Origin: Acidimicrobiales bacterium
GTDB lineage: Bacteria > Actinomycetota > Acidimicrobiia > Acidimicrobiales > CATQHL01
Direction: 5' to 3'
DNA: 64,000 bases
Assembly: GCA_965204655.1 (NCBI GenBank)
Contig: OZ241998.1
Coordinates: forward strand, 224,464 to 288,463
The notes beneath the pieces are model-generated. The model saw only the letters and a program-made list of their open reading frames with translations. It made no database searches and was not told the origin of the DNA. Below are positions 48,985-59,563 of this stretch, piece after piece; the stretch's first letter is position 1; each line of letters starts with the position of its first letter. The position numbers and the translations under genes were made by a program.

Positions 48985-50079
48985 ATGAACTCCGACGCTT
49001 CCGGAGTCGGCATCCTGCTCTTGTCAGGGAGCGACCCTTCGGCGCTCTCGCGCCTCGTGAGCGAAACCCAAAGCGAGTTGTTGGGAAATCAGGACTCGAG
49101 CTTGGCAGTGACGCGGTTTTCCCTAGCGGAATACGTCGCTGAGGGCGCCGCTGCGCCCCTCGGCATAGTCGTGGAGGCGTGCATGACGCCGCCGATGTTT
49201 ACCCCGTACCGAGTTGTCGTTGTCCGCGAGATGGGAATCTGCAAGTCCGCAGACCTGGAACCTCTGCTGGACTACCTGAAGAACCCGATGCCGACCACGA
49301 AACTCCTTCTGGTCTGGGAAAAACCGGCCGCCGGCGGCAGGTCGGAGAGGCTGCCCGCAGCCCTTTCCAAGGCGGTGAAATCCGCCGGCGGGGAATTCCG
49401 TGCGGCAGATCCGGCTCAGGGCAATGTGACCGGGAAGGCGTGGCTCAAGAAGCAGCGCAAACAGGCAAAGGTCGAGCTGGACGATGAAGCCTTCGAGCTC
49501 CTCGTGGATCGGCTCGGGGAGGACAGAACTCGCATCTGGGGAATCCTCGACGCCCTGTACGGGACCTACGGAGAGGGCCCAAAACTGAGCAGTGAGGACG
49601 TCGCCCCTTTCATCGGGGAGTTGGGCTCTGGTCCTCCGTGGGAGCTCACGGACGCCATCTCAAAAGGCGATTACGTAAGGTCACAGGATCGGTTGGAGCG
49701 CCTGCTCTCTTCGGGGGGGCGTCACCCGCTGCAGATACTTGCGGTACTGCATGGCTACTTTGAACGCATCCTTCGATTAGACGGAGCAGGCGTTCGCAAC
49801 GAGGCTGACGCCGCGACTCTGCTGCGAAAAAGCGGCGCAATGAACAAAAGCGGTTCGACGTATCCCGCCAAGATCGCCTTGAATGCAGCTAGACAGCTGG
49901 GCGGCTGGAAGATACGCAGGGTGTACGAGTTGTTAGCCGCCGCCGACTTGGATCTGCGAGGGCGGTCAGGCGCGCCTGCCAGTGTGGTCTTGGAAGTGCT
50001 GGTGGCCCGCCTCACCCAACTGCACCCCAAGCAGCATTCCGTGGCGCGGGGTCGGACTAGTGGCGCGAGGTCGGACTGA
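48985..50079 (+). CDS. holA: DNA polymerase III delta subunit
   Basis: Position between comEC and rpsT(-)/lepA, as is typical. Size and weak delta-subunit similarity. Confidence 0.6.
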   Translation: MNSDASGVGILLLSGSDPSALSRLVSETQSELLGNQDSSLAVTRFSLAEYVAEGAAAPLGIVVEACMTPPMFTPYRVVVVREMGICKSADLEPLLDYLKNPMPTTKLLLVWEKPAAGGRSERLPAALSKAVKSAGGEFRAADPAQGNVTGKAWLKKQRKQAKVELDDEAFELLVDRLGEDRTRIWGILDALYGTYGEGPKLSSEDVAPFIGELGSGPPWELTDAISKGDYVRSQDRLERLLSSGGRHPLQILAVLHGYFERILRLDGAGVRNEADAATLLRKSGAMNKSGSTYPAKIALNAARQLGGWKIRRVYELLAAADLDLRGRSGAPASVVLEVLVARLTQLHPKQHSVARGRTSGARSD

Positions 50080-50102
50080 AGGTGAAAAACCTTTTTGCCG
50101 GG

Positions 50103-50375
50103 TTATTCCTTGCCGGCCTGGATACGGGCGATGCGGCGGGTAAGGCGTGATTTCTTGCGCGCCGCTGTGTTTCGGTGAAGCATTCCTTTGGCTGCGGCGG
50201 TGTCGATGCGCTTGATGGCTAGACGCAGGAGTTTCTCGGTGTCGGCGTCGCCTGCCTCGGCGGCCCTCACGGCGGAGTTGGTGCGCGTTCGCACTTCCGA
50301 ATTGGCAGCGCGGTTGCGCTGGCGCCGCCTTTCGTTCTGCCGGTTTCTCTTTATCTGGCTCTTGATGTTGGCCAA
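50103..50375 (-). CDS. rpsT: 30S ribosomal protein S20. A TTG start at 50375 is proposed; the longer ORF to 50471 is unlikely.
   Basis: ANIKSQIKRNRQNERRRQRNRA N-terminus, classic S20. Confidence 0.85.
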   Translation of the reverse strand: MANIKSQIKRNRQNERRRQRNRAANSEVRTRTNSAVRAAEAGDADTEKLLRLAIKRIDTAAAKGMLHRNTAARKKSRLTRRIARIQAGKE

Positions 50376-50642
50376 TTCAAAGCCTCGGTTGTGATTCGGT
50401 TCGCGATTGGTGTGCTGGCACTTGGCGGTCACCCCGCCTGGGGGGAGTGCCTGGGGTCTATCGACCTGCATGCGTATGATACTTGATGCCTGCTTCCCTC
50501 AGACGCCTCAGGCGCCGCCGCCCGAGGTCGCTGGTCATCCGACCCGCTGGTCGTCGGAGCCTGCTGTCTGGATCCCGACTGGAATCCCGTCCGCTGGGAG
50601 CAGTACGCCAGGTTATGAGCCTAAGTTCCTTATGAATTCCGC

Positions 50643-52439
50643 ATGAAACAGTCCTCCATACGCAACGTGGCCGTCATCGCTCATATCGATCACGGAAAGT
50701 CCACGCTTGCCGACCGCTTCCTGGAGGTCTGCGGGGCGGTCGATCCCCGTCTCATGCGCGCCCAGTACCTGGATTCCATGGATCTCGAGCGTGAGCGCGG
50801 GATCACCATCAAGCTTCAGAGCGTTCGTTTGTCTTTCGGCCCCTGGACGATCAACCTGATCGACACGCCGGGGCACGTGGATTTCGGCTACGAGGTCTCC
50901 AGATCGCTGGCAGCCTGCGAGGGCGTGATACTGCTCATAGACGCGGCGCAGGGTATTGAGGCGCAGACCCTGGCAAACAGTTACGCGGCCTTGGAGGCAG
51001 ACCTGCAGATGGTGGTGGCGGTGAACAAAATCGACCTTCCCGCCGCCGACCCCGACGCAGTCTGCCGTGAGGTGGAGCAGGTTTTAGGAATACCAGCCGA
51101 GGAGGTCTGCCGGGTTTCAGCCAAGACCGGTGAGGGGGTCAAAGAATTGTTGGAGGTAGTGGTGGAACGCGTGCCTGCACCCGTAGGCGATCCGGAGGCA
51201 GCCCTTCAGGCGCTGGTGTTCGATTCCTACTTCGACCAGTACCGGGGGGTGATCAGTTCGGTGCGCGTCTCGCAGGGGAGGCTGCGCGCCGGGATGCAAG
51301 CCATTCTCATGCACGCCGCTAGCAGTTACGAAGTTCAGGAGTTGGGCGTTCGCACGCCCCTTCGGGAACCGACCGACTCCCTGGGGCCAGGGGAGGTGGG
51401 GTATCTGATCATGGGCGTGAAGAACACGTCCGAGGCGCGTTCGGGGGAGACGGTCACCGATGCCGCCAACCCTGCTTCCGAACCTCTAGCGGGTTACCAG
51501 GAGCCGAAGCCCATGGTCTTCTGTGGTCTCTACCCAACCGACGGCGAGGAGTACCCGAACGTGCGGGATGCTCTGGATCGGCTGAGGCTGAACGACTCCA
51601 GCTTCAGCTACGCGCCTGAGGTGTCTACAGCCTTGGGTTTCGGATACCGCTGCGGTTTTTTGGGTTTGCTGCACATGGAGATCATCGTTCAACGCCTTGA
51701 GCGGGAGTTCGACCTGGACATAATCGCCACGACGCCTTCCGTGGAGTACCGAGTCACGACCGCGGGGGGGGAGGAGGTGTCGGTGGAGAGCCCCAGCATG
51801 ATGCCGCCAGCGGGGGAGGTCAAGAGCATCGCCGAGCCGTACCTGCTGCTGAGCATCATTGCCCCGTCAGATCACACGGGCACACTCATCGATCTGTGCC
51901 AGAGCCGACGAGGACGGCTGAAGAGCCTGGAGTACGTCTCCCCCGAACGCATCGAACTGCGCTATCGAGTGCCGCTCGCCGAAGTCGTGACGGGTTTCTA
52001 CGATCAGCTCAAGAGCCGCACCCAGGGCTATGCCAGCCTGGACTACGACCCTGCTGGCTACGAGGAATCCGACTTGGTGAAGGTGGACCTGCTCCTGCAG
52101 CACGAATCGGTTGACGCTTTCAGTGCCATCGTTCACCGCGACCAGGCGTACTCCTACGGCCGCAGGATGACAAACAAACTGCGCGAACTCATTCCCCGTC
52201 AGCAGTTCGACGTTCCCATCCAGGCGGCCATCGGGGGACGGATCATCGCTCGTGAGACTGTCAAGGCTTTCCGCAAGGACGTCACGGCAGGCCTGTATGG
52301 GGGCGACGTGACACGCAAGCGTAAGTTGTTGGAGCGTCAGAAGGCCGGCAAGAAGCGCATGAAGTCTGTAGGACGGGTGGAAGTGCCTCAGGAGGCGTTC
52401 GCGGCGGCCCTCAAGATGGACAACGCTGCGGGCTCCTGA
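50643..52439 (+). CDS. lepA: Elongation factor 4
   Basis: G-domain [21 protein letters not shown]. LepA C-terminal domain. Confidence 0.95.
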   Translation: MKQSSIRNVAVIAHIDHGKSTLADRFLEVCGAVDPRLMRAQYLDSMDLERERGITIKLQSVRLSFGPWTINLIDTPGHVDFGYEVSRSLAACEGVILLIDAAQGIEAQTLANSYAALEADLQMVVAVNKIDLPAADPDAVCREVEQVLGIPAEEVCRVSAKTGEGVKELLEVVVERVPAPVGDPEAALQALVFDSYFDQYRGVISSVRVSQGRLRAGMQAILMHAASSYEVQELGVRTPLREPTDSLGPGEVGYLIMGVKNTSEARSGETVTDAANPASEPLAGYQEPKPMVFCGLYPTDGEEYPNVRDALDRLRLNDSSFSYAPEVSTALGFGYRCGFLGLLHMEIIVQRLEREFDLDIIATTPSVEYRVTTAGGEEVSVESPSMMPPAGEVKSIAEPYLLLSIIAPSDHTGTLIDLCQSRRGRLKSLEYVSPERIELRYRVPLAEVVTGFYDQLKSRTQGYASLDYDPAGYEESDLVKVDLLLQHESVDAFSAIVHRDQAYSYGRRMTNKLRELIPRQQFDVPIQAAIGGRIIARETVKAFRKDVTAGLYGGDVTRKRKLLERQKAGKKRMKSVGRVEVPQEAFAAALKMDNAAGS

Positions 52440-52496
52440 CCTGTCCTTGCCAGCGTGCGGCTCTTGCCAGCGTGCGGATTGTAATATCGGGGTTGT

Positions 52497-53513
52497 ATGA
52501 GCGAATACACGGAGGTTCTCTCGCCGCGCCGAGAGGCCGTTCTGCGCGCAGTGGTGGAGGACTACATAGCTCATTCCTTGCCGGTGGGTTCCTTGCGGGT
52601 GTGCCACCTGGAGAACTTGAAGATTTCCCCGGCGACCATACGAAAAGAGATGCTTCTTCTTGAGCGCGTCGGCCTCTTGAGGCAGCCTCACGTTTCGGCG
52701 GGACGGGTGCCGACCGAAGCGGGCTACCGCTACTTCGTGGATTCCCTCATGGATCCCTTAGAGATATCGGAGGAGTCTTCCCGACAGATCAGCGAAATTT
52801 TGCACAGCGCACGAGGCGAGTTGGTCTCTTTGTTGGATTCGCTTAGTTCGTTCCTAGCCCAGTTGACCTGCTGTGCAGCCGTGGTGGTTGCCCCTGAAGT
52901 CGAGTCGGCCGCGGTTCGTTCTGTCCAGGTGGTTGAGTTGTCTAGCCGGATCATCCTTGTGGTTGCGGTTTTGTCTACGGGTTCCGTCGAGCGCAGGGTG
53001 CTGGAATGCGAAGAGGCGCCCCTCCCCGACGTTTTGGTTTCCGCCAGCGAGGCGTTGAGTGCTGCGCTTGTTTCGCTCCCATTCGGAGCCGAGGTGGAGG
53101 TGACCGCTCCCGACGCGGAATCGCAGGCTGTTGCGGAAAGAGCCGTTGCTGCCTTGCAGTCGCCGGTAGGAGGAGCAGTCGAGCAAGTCTTCGTGGGCGG
53201 ACAGTCGACTGTGGCGAGCGCGTTCGTGGAGGTAGAGAAGATTTCCCAGATGCTCTACTTGCTCGAGCAGCAGTACGCTCTGATCTCCATGCTGCGGAAC
53301 ATCATGGATAGGGGGATGCAAGTGGCCATTGGAGAGGAAACGGGTTTCGAACCGTTGGCGGATTGTTCTGTGGTCGTGTCGCCGTATGAGGTGGATGGGT
53401 GTAGGGCGGGTTCCGTTGCCGTGCTCGGCCCCACGAACATGGACTACTCTGCCAACCTTGCTGCGGTGTCCGACATGAGTTCCCAACTCACTCGGCTGCT
53501 CAGCGGAGACTGA
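52497..53513 (+). CDS. hrcA: Heat-inducible transcription repressor HrcA
   Basis: N-terminal wHTH ([12 protein letters not shown]) plus HrcA C-terminal domain. Followed by dnaJ. Confidence 0.85.
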   Translation: MSEYTEVLSPRREAVLRAVVEDYIAHSLPVGSLRVCHLENLKISPATIRKEMLLLERVGLLRQPHVSAGRVPTEAGYRYFVDSLMDPLEISEESSRQISEILHSARGELVSLLDSLSSFLAQLTCCAAVVVAPEVESAAVRSVQVVELSSRIILVVAVLSTGSVERRVLECEEAPLPDVLVSASEALSAALVSLPFGAEVEVTAPDAESQAVAERAVAALQSPVGGAVEQVFVGGQSTVASAFVEVEKISQMLYLLEQQYALISMLRNIMDRGMQVAIGEETGFEPLADCSVVVSPYEVDGCRAGSVAVLGPTNMDYSANLAAVSDMSSQLTRLLSGD

Positions 53514-53532
53514 GAAGACGCTCCGACCCGCT

Positions 53533-54612
53533 GTGACGGTAATCGATTACTACGATGTGCTCGGTGTCTCCCCGCAGGCGACCTCGGAGGAGATCAAGAC
53601 CGCCTATCGTCGGTTGGCAAGGGAATACCATCCAGATCGCAACCCAGACGACCCTGAGGCTGAGAAGCGCTTCAGGGAGGTTGCGACTGCGTACGAGGTG
53701 CTGAACGACTCGCAAAAGCGCGCTCACTACGACCGTTTCGGCACGGCGGACTCCGTGTCTGATCCTTTTGATATTTTCTCCACGCTCTTCGGGGGTCTTG
53801 GTTTTGACGTCGACCGCCGAGCCGCATCCAATGTCGGCGAAGACGTCGAAGTTCTGCTTGAGTTGGACTTTGCTGACGCTGTCTTCGGAGGCACTCAAGA
53901 AATCAGTGTGAACCTGCCCGTGCCTTGCGGGGAGTGTGAGGCCACCGGCTCTCAGCCGGGCACCGAGGCGCTCTCGTGCGAGGAGTGTTCCGGCACGGGT
54001 CGTGTGAGGCAACTGACTCAGTCGATCCTAGGGCAGATGATGACCACCGGTCCTTGCAGGCGTTGCAAGGGGACGGGACGTCTAATTCACAACCCGTGCA
54101 GGGCCTGCAGGGGGAGAGGACGGCTCCGAGGCGAACGCACTTATCCGCTCGAGGTTCCTCCAGGGGTGGACAACGATACGATTTTGCGGCTTCCAGGCAA
54201 AGGGGGCGTGGGGCCGGTGGGGGGTGCCTACGGCGACCTGTACGTGACGATAAAGGTGCGCCCCCATCCGGTTTTCCAGCGTGAGAAGTACAACCTCATC
54301 ACCCGTGCGGAGGTCTCTTTTACGCAAGCCGCTCTTGGCGGAATCCTGAAGCTTGACACCCTCGATGGATGCGAGGAGATACGCATCAAGCCGGGTACGC
54401 AGTCCGGCGAGGTCGCCGTTTGTAAGCGCAAGGGAGTTCCGTCTCAGCGGGGAGGCGGCCGCGGTGACCTGATCGTGGAGATCAGGGTTGCTACCCCGAC
54501 TGACCTCGACGACCGCCAGTCGGAACTGTTGCATGAACTGGCGCTTCTGCGCGGCGAGCAGGTCGATGCCGGGCGCAGGCTCAGACGTCTGCGGTCATCT
54601 TTCAAGCCTTAG
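53533..54612 (+). CDS. dnaJ: Chaperone DnaJ (Hsp40)
   Basis: J-domain with HPD ([10 protein letters not shown]). Four CxxCxGxG zinc-finger repeats. Confidence 0.9.
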   Translation: MTVIDYYDVLGVSPQATSEEIKTAYRRLAREYHPDRNPDDPEAEKRFREVATAYEVLNDSQKRAHYDRFGTADSVSDPFDIFSTLFGGLGFDVDRRAASNVGEDVEVLLELDFADAVFGGTQEISVNLPVPCGECEATGSQPGTEALSCEECSGTGRVRQLTQSILGQMMTTGPCRRCKGTGRLIHNPCRACRGRGRLRGERTYPLEVPPGVDNDTILRLPGKGGVGPVGGAYGDLYVTIKVRPHPVFQREKYNLITRAEVSFTQAALGGILKLDTLDGCEEIRIKPGTQSGEVAVCKRKGVPSQRGGGRGDLIVEIRVATPTDLDDRQSELLHELALLRGEQVDAGRRLRRLRSSFKP

Positions 54613-55976
54613 GGCTGGGAGAATGTAGGCAGTTCCCAGGTGCCCTGTCGGTGGACAGCCTCGAGTCGGTCGCACGCGCCGTTGGGGGTTTTCTTGATCC
54701 GGAGGGGAGGTGCCAGTTCTTCCACCAAAGCAGGGGCGAGCGGTTCGTCTTCCGGCCAGGAGTCGAATACGTACACCTTGCCCGAGGCTTCGGCCAGAGC
54801 CAGAGTGGATACCCCGTCGCAGTTCCAGTCCCCCACGAGCAGTTGGTCGTTGGGGCTTCCTACCGGAAAGGGGTCGTCGTTGATCGAGACGAATCCGGCG
54901 CCGACGGTGACCCGCTCGGCGCAGCCGTCCCCGGTGACGTCGAGATATCCAGGAGATACCGGACGGCATTGTTCGTCCTGCGGAGTCAAATGATCGGCTG
55001 CGGCAGCGTTCAGCGGCTGAGTAGTGGCCGCCGCTTCCTCCCGGGAAGGTTCACGTTCAACGTAGGGGGCGTATCCCCCCGTTTCGCCTGTGATCGCATT
55101 GGGTGGGTCGTCTCTTTTCAGGAGTTGCAGGGTCATGAAAGCAAGAGCGAGGAGACCCGCAAGAATTCCTGCTGCCTTCAGCAGGCTGCGGCGCTTCACC
55201 GGGCGGAGGTTCTTGAGGCGGCCTCTAGCCGCGCCCGGCATCGCGTGCCCAGAACTCCTATAGTGCTCTGCCTCTTCAGGGCGGCTTGATTTCGGGCTAG
55301 CGCGCGGGGCGGCGACGTCCTCCACTTCGCTTGGTGAACTTCGTGTTGATGTCTCCCGTCCGGCCAAACTTCGCAACTGACCTTCCAGGTTGGGGGCGGA
55401 GCGCACCCGTCCTTCCGCAGCCGCTTTAGCCACACCCCTTATCCGTTCAAAAAGGCGTTTGTTATGCCGTCGCAACCTCTGTGGGGCGCCGTCGATTACC
55501 TTGAGCAGCGTCTTCCCCAGGGCGGCTATGTCTTTTGCCGCTAGGTCGCTAGACACTCCTGATTTCTCGGTTTTCCTAGCTGAGGAGAAGCTGCAGAGGA
55601 GAGGCTGCTGGGATGCCCCTATGAGTACATGGTCAGAGCAGACGTTCAGGTGAAAGAGGTTTTCCCCATGCAAGTAGGCGAGAGCGGCGGCCAGGGCTTC
55701 AAAGACGGCTAGCAGGTCTTCCGTTCTCCTGGGTTGCCAGGTGCTCAAGGAGTGTCGCCCGGCGTAACGGGTCAGTAAGCGCGGGCCTTCTTCTCCGTCC
55801 TCCAGAACAGCGAGAGAGACCACGCCCGGGTGCTCGAGCTCCCTGAGCAAGTCTGCCTCTCTGCGCAGCGCTGCGGGATCTCCTCCAGTCTTGGCGGTGA
55901 CAAGTTCGCCATTCCAAAGATCTGTCCTAATTTCCATATATTTAGCATATATATAATCATTTTCAATCAAATACAA
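54609..55976 (-). CDS. Membrane-anchored protein-kinase-fold protein, probable pseudokinase, with an extracellular FG-GAP-like C-terminal domain. The likely real start is the ATG at 55937.
   Basis: Kinase-like N-lobe with VAIK-like Lys (LVTAKTGG). Catalytic loop degenerated (HLNVCSDH in place of HRDLKPxN). No DFG. One TM helix. GDWNCDG repeats. Confidence 0.5.
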   Translation of the reverse strand: MYLIENDYIYAKYMEIRTDLWNGELVTAKTGGDPAALRREADLLRELEHPGVVSLAVLEDGEEGPRLLTRYAGRHSLSTWQPRRTEDLLAVFEALAAALAYLHGENLFHLNVCSDHVLIGASQQPLLCSFSSARKTEKSGVSSDLAAKDIAALGKTLLKVIDGAPQRLRRHNKRLFERIRGVAKAAAEGRVRSAPNLEGQLRSLAGRETSTRSSPSEVEDVAAPRASPKSSRPEEAEHYRSSGHAMPGAARGRLKNLRPVKRRSLLKAAGILAGLLALAFMTLQLLKRDDPPNAITGETGGYAPYVEREPSREEAAATTQPLNAAAADHLTPQDEQCRPVSPGYLDVTGDGCAERVTVGAGFVSINDDPFPVGSPNDQLLVGDWNCDGVSTLALAEASGKVYVFDSWPEDEPLAPALVEELAPPLRIKKTPNGACDRLEAVHRQGTWELPTFSQP

Positions 55977-56000
55977 TACTAATGCAGAAAATTAGAACCT

Positions 56001-59000
56001 TCAGATGCTGGAAAATGGATTGGGGGTGGCTGGACGGGTGTCCTTTCCGCCATGAACGGTGGGTTCGCAACACCACTGCCAGCGGAGAGCATCTAGGGGA
56101 TCCAGAACAGACTTGGGCAACCCCAGGATTTCAAGCACAACGGCTTTATCCAGGGCGCGGCGGGTCGGGTCATTCCAAGCCTCATTGGCAGGAAGGAACT
56201 CCTCGGAAGCGAAGTAATTGAAAATGCATCTAGCAGTTGCGATTTCCTTCTCTGACAGGCGACGGGGATCTAGCGTGGGGAGTTCCGGAAGTCGGGAGAT
56301 CGTGATGTTGGCCCGGCCTTGGTGCTGCCGGGTTCCTAGCCACCAGAATCCGATAAGACCGAAAATCGAGTTTGCCCACAGAACAGCGAGGGGCTCCCAG
56401 TCGGGGTTGTCTAGGGTAAAACTCGGCCAAGCAGCTCCACCGATGCTCTTCTCGGGGGTCAAACAAGCCGCTAGTGGCTGAGAATTGAGCCGAAAGTTGC
56501 GAGTGAAATGCAATCGTGATGCCGTTTCCCAGACTTTCGCAGCTAACTTTTTGCAACCTTCACGGGTGCGGCCTTGAGCATCAATTCCAACGAATAAGCG
56601 GGTTTCGCGTAGGGCGTCGTGTCCCCATAGAACGGGGAAGGTGGCTCTCTCGCCGCTAGCGAGAGGGTGGATGTTGAACGGCCCGCGCGGGGAGCCATCC
56701 GAGTTCGTGCCATCAATATCTCTATCAACGAGACCGCGTTTGCCTAGTTCCGCTAAGCACGCCATGGGTATTGGGCAATCCTGTCCGAGACGCGGTAACG
56801 TCAGCGTGCCGGAGTTGAGCCCAAGCGCCGCTTCTGCTACGTCCACTTCCTTTACCTGAGCGCAGCCACCCTCGTCCAAGGGGGCTTGAATGAAGCTTCC
56901 CACTTGTTCCTCACCGATTAGAAGATGCCCTTTTCTGGTGTTGGTTCCCGTGGAATGGATAGCCTTTCCAATCTCCACTGCCTCGGGAATACTCTGAGGG
57001 CGTCTATTCAGGTTCACCCACATCACGAGGTCGTCTGCCCGAGCGCGGTCTTTGCAACTGCGGGTCGCAACCAACAGGGCTTCCGCCATTCCCGTGTCGG
57101 CGGAAAAGGCGCGCTCGGTTGAGCCGGCCGAAGCAATCGTTATCACCGTTACGTCGCTGTATTGAGACGCAATCAGACTGCGTGCTGATTTCCAGGACGC
57201 CCCTCTTGTAAATGCGGCGGGCAGAACCAGGGCGAGTATCCCGCCGGGTTTCACTTTGGAGTGTGCGAGGTCTATGAAGTTGGATGCCAGCCCCGCGTTT
57301 CCATGGCCTGCTCGGGACTTCGGGTACGACTTGTAGATCTTGCGCAGTCTGTCCGACATGGCGCGCTGTTCCTCATCTGTGGTCCCGAATCCTGCGAAAG
57401 AAGGCACGGGTACCCCTGCTGCTTCTGCCCTTGCGTGATTGGTGGGACTAGTGAACGGAGGGTTCATTATCAACAAGTCGGCGCTCTGATGCTCGCAAAC
57501 AGTTTCCGACGCTATTTCGCCTTTACCTGACGCTGCAGTACGCCCGCTGCCCCATAGGGGTCGCGGCGAAAACTCGGAGTCGAGCAGGTCGAGCGACCCT
57601 ACTGAAATTTCCCCCGCAGTTCCGGTTCGCTCACCGTAGGGGAGCAGGTGAACGCAAGTCTGCTGGAAGGTGGTGTCCGGGTGCACGCTCGCGAGCATTG
57701 AGGCGGTGAGGTGCACCGCCGCGGGCATGATGTCTGCGCCGATGAGAACGGACTCCATCATTTTTGCGTGCAGGTCTGCGTCGTCGATTCCTCTCCTGCG
57801 CATCCGCGCCCCGACGCGGTGGTAGACGGCTGAGAGCAGTGCGCCTGTGCCGCACGCTAGGTCTGCGAAACGAAGTGAGGCCAGAGCGGTCTTGAGGCAT
57901 TCCGAGGACTTGACGCGCTCGGTGGCATTCAAGGGTGCTAGGCGGGTGACTGCCAATTCGGCTAGCAGATGAGCGGACGCTGGCAGCGTGTAGAAGGTTG
58001 CCAAGAATTTGCGGTCGCCTATCAATGTGCCAAACATTTGACCGGAGAGGTCGCCGGTAGTGGTGGCCCCCAGACCTAACAGATCGGTGGCCACTGCATT
58101 GAGGTGTGTGATGATTTCGGCAGCCACGCCTGCGGGTACTTCCCGAAGCACGTCCCGTGCCACGGAGAATATTGGCCAGTAATTAATTTCAAGTATTGAA
58201 GCCCAGGTATTGAGGAGTTTCTCGTGGTTGATCAGCCCGTCTGTGGAGCGTCGCAGTTCGTCGGCCGAAGGTCTTAAAATCTCTCCTCTCTCGGAGGCGA
58301 TTGAGTAGTTGAAAACGAGGGCGTTGGTGATTATGGCGCATGCCATGCGCCAAACATCCACCCCTGCTTCTTGATGGAGAGACGCTGCTACGGCGCGCCC
58401 TGCTGAGGTATATGACGATCTCTCCGAAGGGTCGGCGAAGGTTTTGTTCAGCAGGGCTGCCGCGGTCTCCACTCCATCGGCAAATTGCTGAGCCGCGGCT
58501 TCTACAGTCGCTTGGGAGACGGCCGCCCTTTCTATGAAACCGGCAAGGTCATCCAGGCTTCCTGAGATCCAGCCGCTGGCAGGGAAGCGACGTGTGCTGC
58601 CCGGATCACGTGAATGAAGAGAGTGGATGCAGTATTCAAATCTGGGTGCTTGCTCCTCGGAACTGGGCATATCGAGCAGTTCTGTGAGGTGTTTCTGTTC
58701 GGCGCTGCGCAGCGCTTCGGGGATTCTGACTGCAACGGCCTGGTCTACCGGCACTCCCCCGAATTCCGGGGAATAGCGTTCACCCAAGCGGGTGATTGCA
58801 TCCTCTTCCACTTCTCTGGCTGGGTGGTACTCGGTCTCTATGAGCACAGGCCGCCAGCCAGGCGGCCTGGCCACAATGTCTGGCTGCTTAGCCGTCTGCG
58901 CGCTCAGCACGCCAGTGCTCTCGGCCTGCATTCTCCACCCGCTAGTAAACCGCTTGGCTAGGGCTGTGCTTAGACAAGCGTTCAGCGCCTGTTCGGATGT

Positions 59001-59015
59001 TCTTGCTTCTCGCAC
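56001..59015 (-). CDS. Type IIG (Eco57I-like) restriction-modification fusion candidate: N-terminal PD-(D/E)xK-like module plus gamma-class N6-adenine DNA methyltransferase plus a long C-terminal (TRD-like) region. 1004 aa.
   Basis: Motif I FADLACGTGALL then motif IV LIMNPPF (gamma-class order). N-terminal PD-x13-ETE matching Eco57I spacing (PD-x13-EAK) but with K replaced. Size about equal to Eco57I R-M (997 aa). Confidence 0.6.
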   Translation of the reverse strand: MREARTSEQALNACLSTALAKRFTSGWRMQAESTGVLSAQTAKQPDIVARPPGWRPVLIETEYHPAREVEEDAITRLGERYSPEFGGVPVDQAVAVRIPEALRSAEQKHLTELLDMPSSEEQAPRFEYCIHSLHSRDPGSTRRFPASGWISGSLDDLAGFIERAAVSQATVEAAAQQFADGVETAAALLNKTFADPSERSSYTSAGRAVAASLHQEAGVDVWRMACAIITNALVFNYSIASERGEILRPSADELRRSTDGLINHEKLLNTWASILEINYWPIFSVARDVLREVPAGVAAEIITHLNAVATDLLGLGATTTGDLSGQMFGTLIGDRKFLATFYTLPASAHLLAELAVTRLAPLNATERVKSSECLKTALASLRFADLACGTGALLSAVYHRVGARMRRRGIDDADLHAKMMESVLIGADIMPAAVHLTASMLASVHPDTTFQQTCVHLLPYGERTGTAGEISVGSLDLLDSEFSPRPLWGSGRTAASGKGEIASETVCEHQSADLLIMNPPFTSPTNHARAEAAGVPVPSFAGFGTTDEEQRAMSDRLRKIYKSYPKSRAGHGNAGLASNFIDLAHSKVKPGGILALVLPAAFTRGASWKSARSLIASQYSDVTVITIASAGSTERAFSADTGMAEALLVATRSCKDRARADDLVMWVNLNRRPQSIPEAVEIGKAIHSTGTNTRKGHLLIGEEQVGSFIQAPLDEGGCAQVKEVDVAEAALGLNSGTLTLPRLGQDCPIPMACLAELGKRGLVDRDIDGTNSDGSPRGPFNIHPLASGERATFPVLWGHDALRETRLFVGIDAQGRTREGCKKLAAKVWETASRLHFTRNFRLNSQPLAACLTPEKSIGGAAWPSFTLDNPDWEPLAVLWANSIFGLIGFWWLGTRQHQGRANITISRLPELPTLDPRRLSEKEIATARCIFNYFASEEFLPANEAWNDPTRRALDKAVVLEILGLPKSVLDPLDALRWQWCCEPTVHGGKDTRPATPNPFSSI

Positions 59016-59192
59016 AGCCGGGAAACGTCCTTCCTTGCGGGTTGTTACTTTTCCGGTCTTTCCGCCAGATGCCGTCGCTCAAATTAGGTGCAGCCGGCGC
59101 CTAATCGGGCGCTCAAGCGGAACTAAGCATAAAGCAGATCTGAGAAGGAGTCAGGTATTTACGTTAGAGGAAGCGGAAAATATTAAAAAATA

Positions 59193-59423
59193 ATGAAAAT
59201 GTATGGAAACAAGAGCTTGAGGGAATTAGCAGGAACTGGAGAGCATCCTCCTTGGATGCAGGCAGCAGATGAGCAATGGACTTTTTTGTACCGCTGTTAT
59301 AGATTGCTATGTTTTAAGGGCAGTCGAACTTTGGCGGCAAAAAAGTTAATAGCTATTGCTCCAATATATGGATCTAGACGGCACGTATGGAGAAGTCGTA
59401 GAGACACTAAACGCAATAGCTGA
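59193..59423 (+). CDS. Small hypothetical ORF (76 aa) inside the about 45% GC spacer
   Basis: ORF only. Lys/Arg-rich. No recognisable domain. Confidence 0.15.
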   Translation: MKMYGNKSLRELAGTGEHPPWMQAADEQWTFLYRCYRLLCFKGSRTLAAKKLIAIAPIYGSRRHVWRSRRDTKRNS

Positions 59424-59563
59424 GACCGCCGAAGTTGTCATGTCCAATAAAGGAAGCAATCCAGTCGACTCGGGTTTTAGAGCATTTGATTAAATTTTTT
59501 GTGTGCAGAAGATTCAAACAATAGCGCCTGCTAGTGCTGACAAAAAATAATTAGCCGTAACGC

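Noticed and set aside
50376-50471. Longer 122-aa version of the S20 ORF
   Set aside because: S20 homologues begin at ANIKSQIK. The extra 32 aa have no counterpart, and a TTG start at 50375 fits.
55982-56221. Plus-strand ORF 55982..56221 beginning in the AT-rich spacer
   Set aside because: It lies antisense to the C-terminus of the large MTase gene and has no features. It is most likely an artefact.
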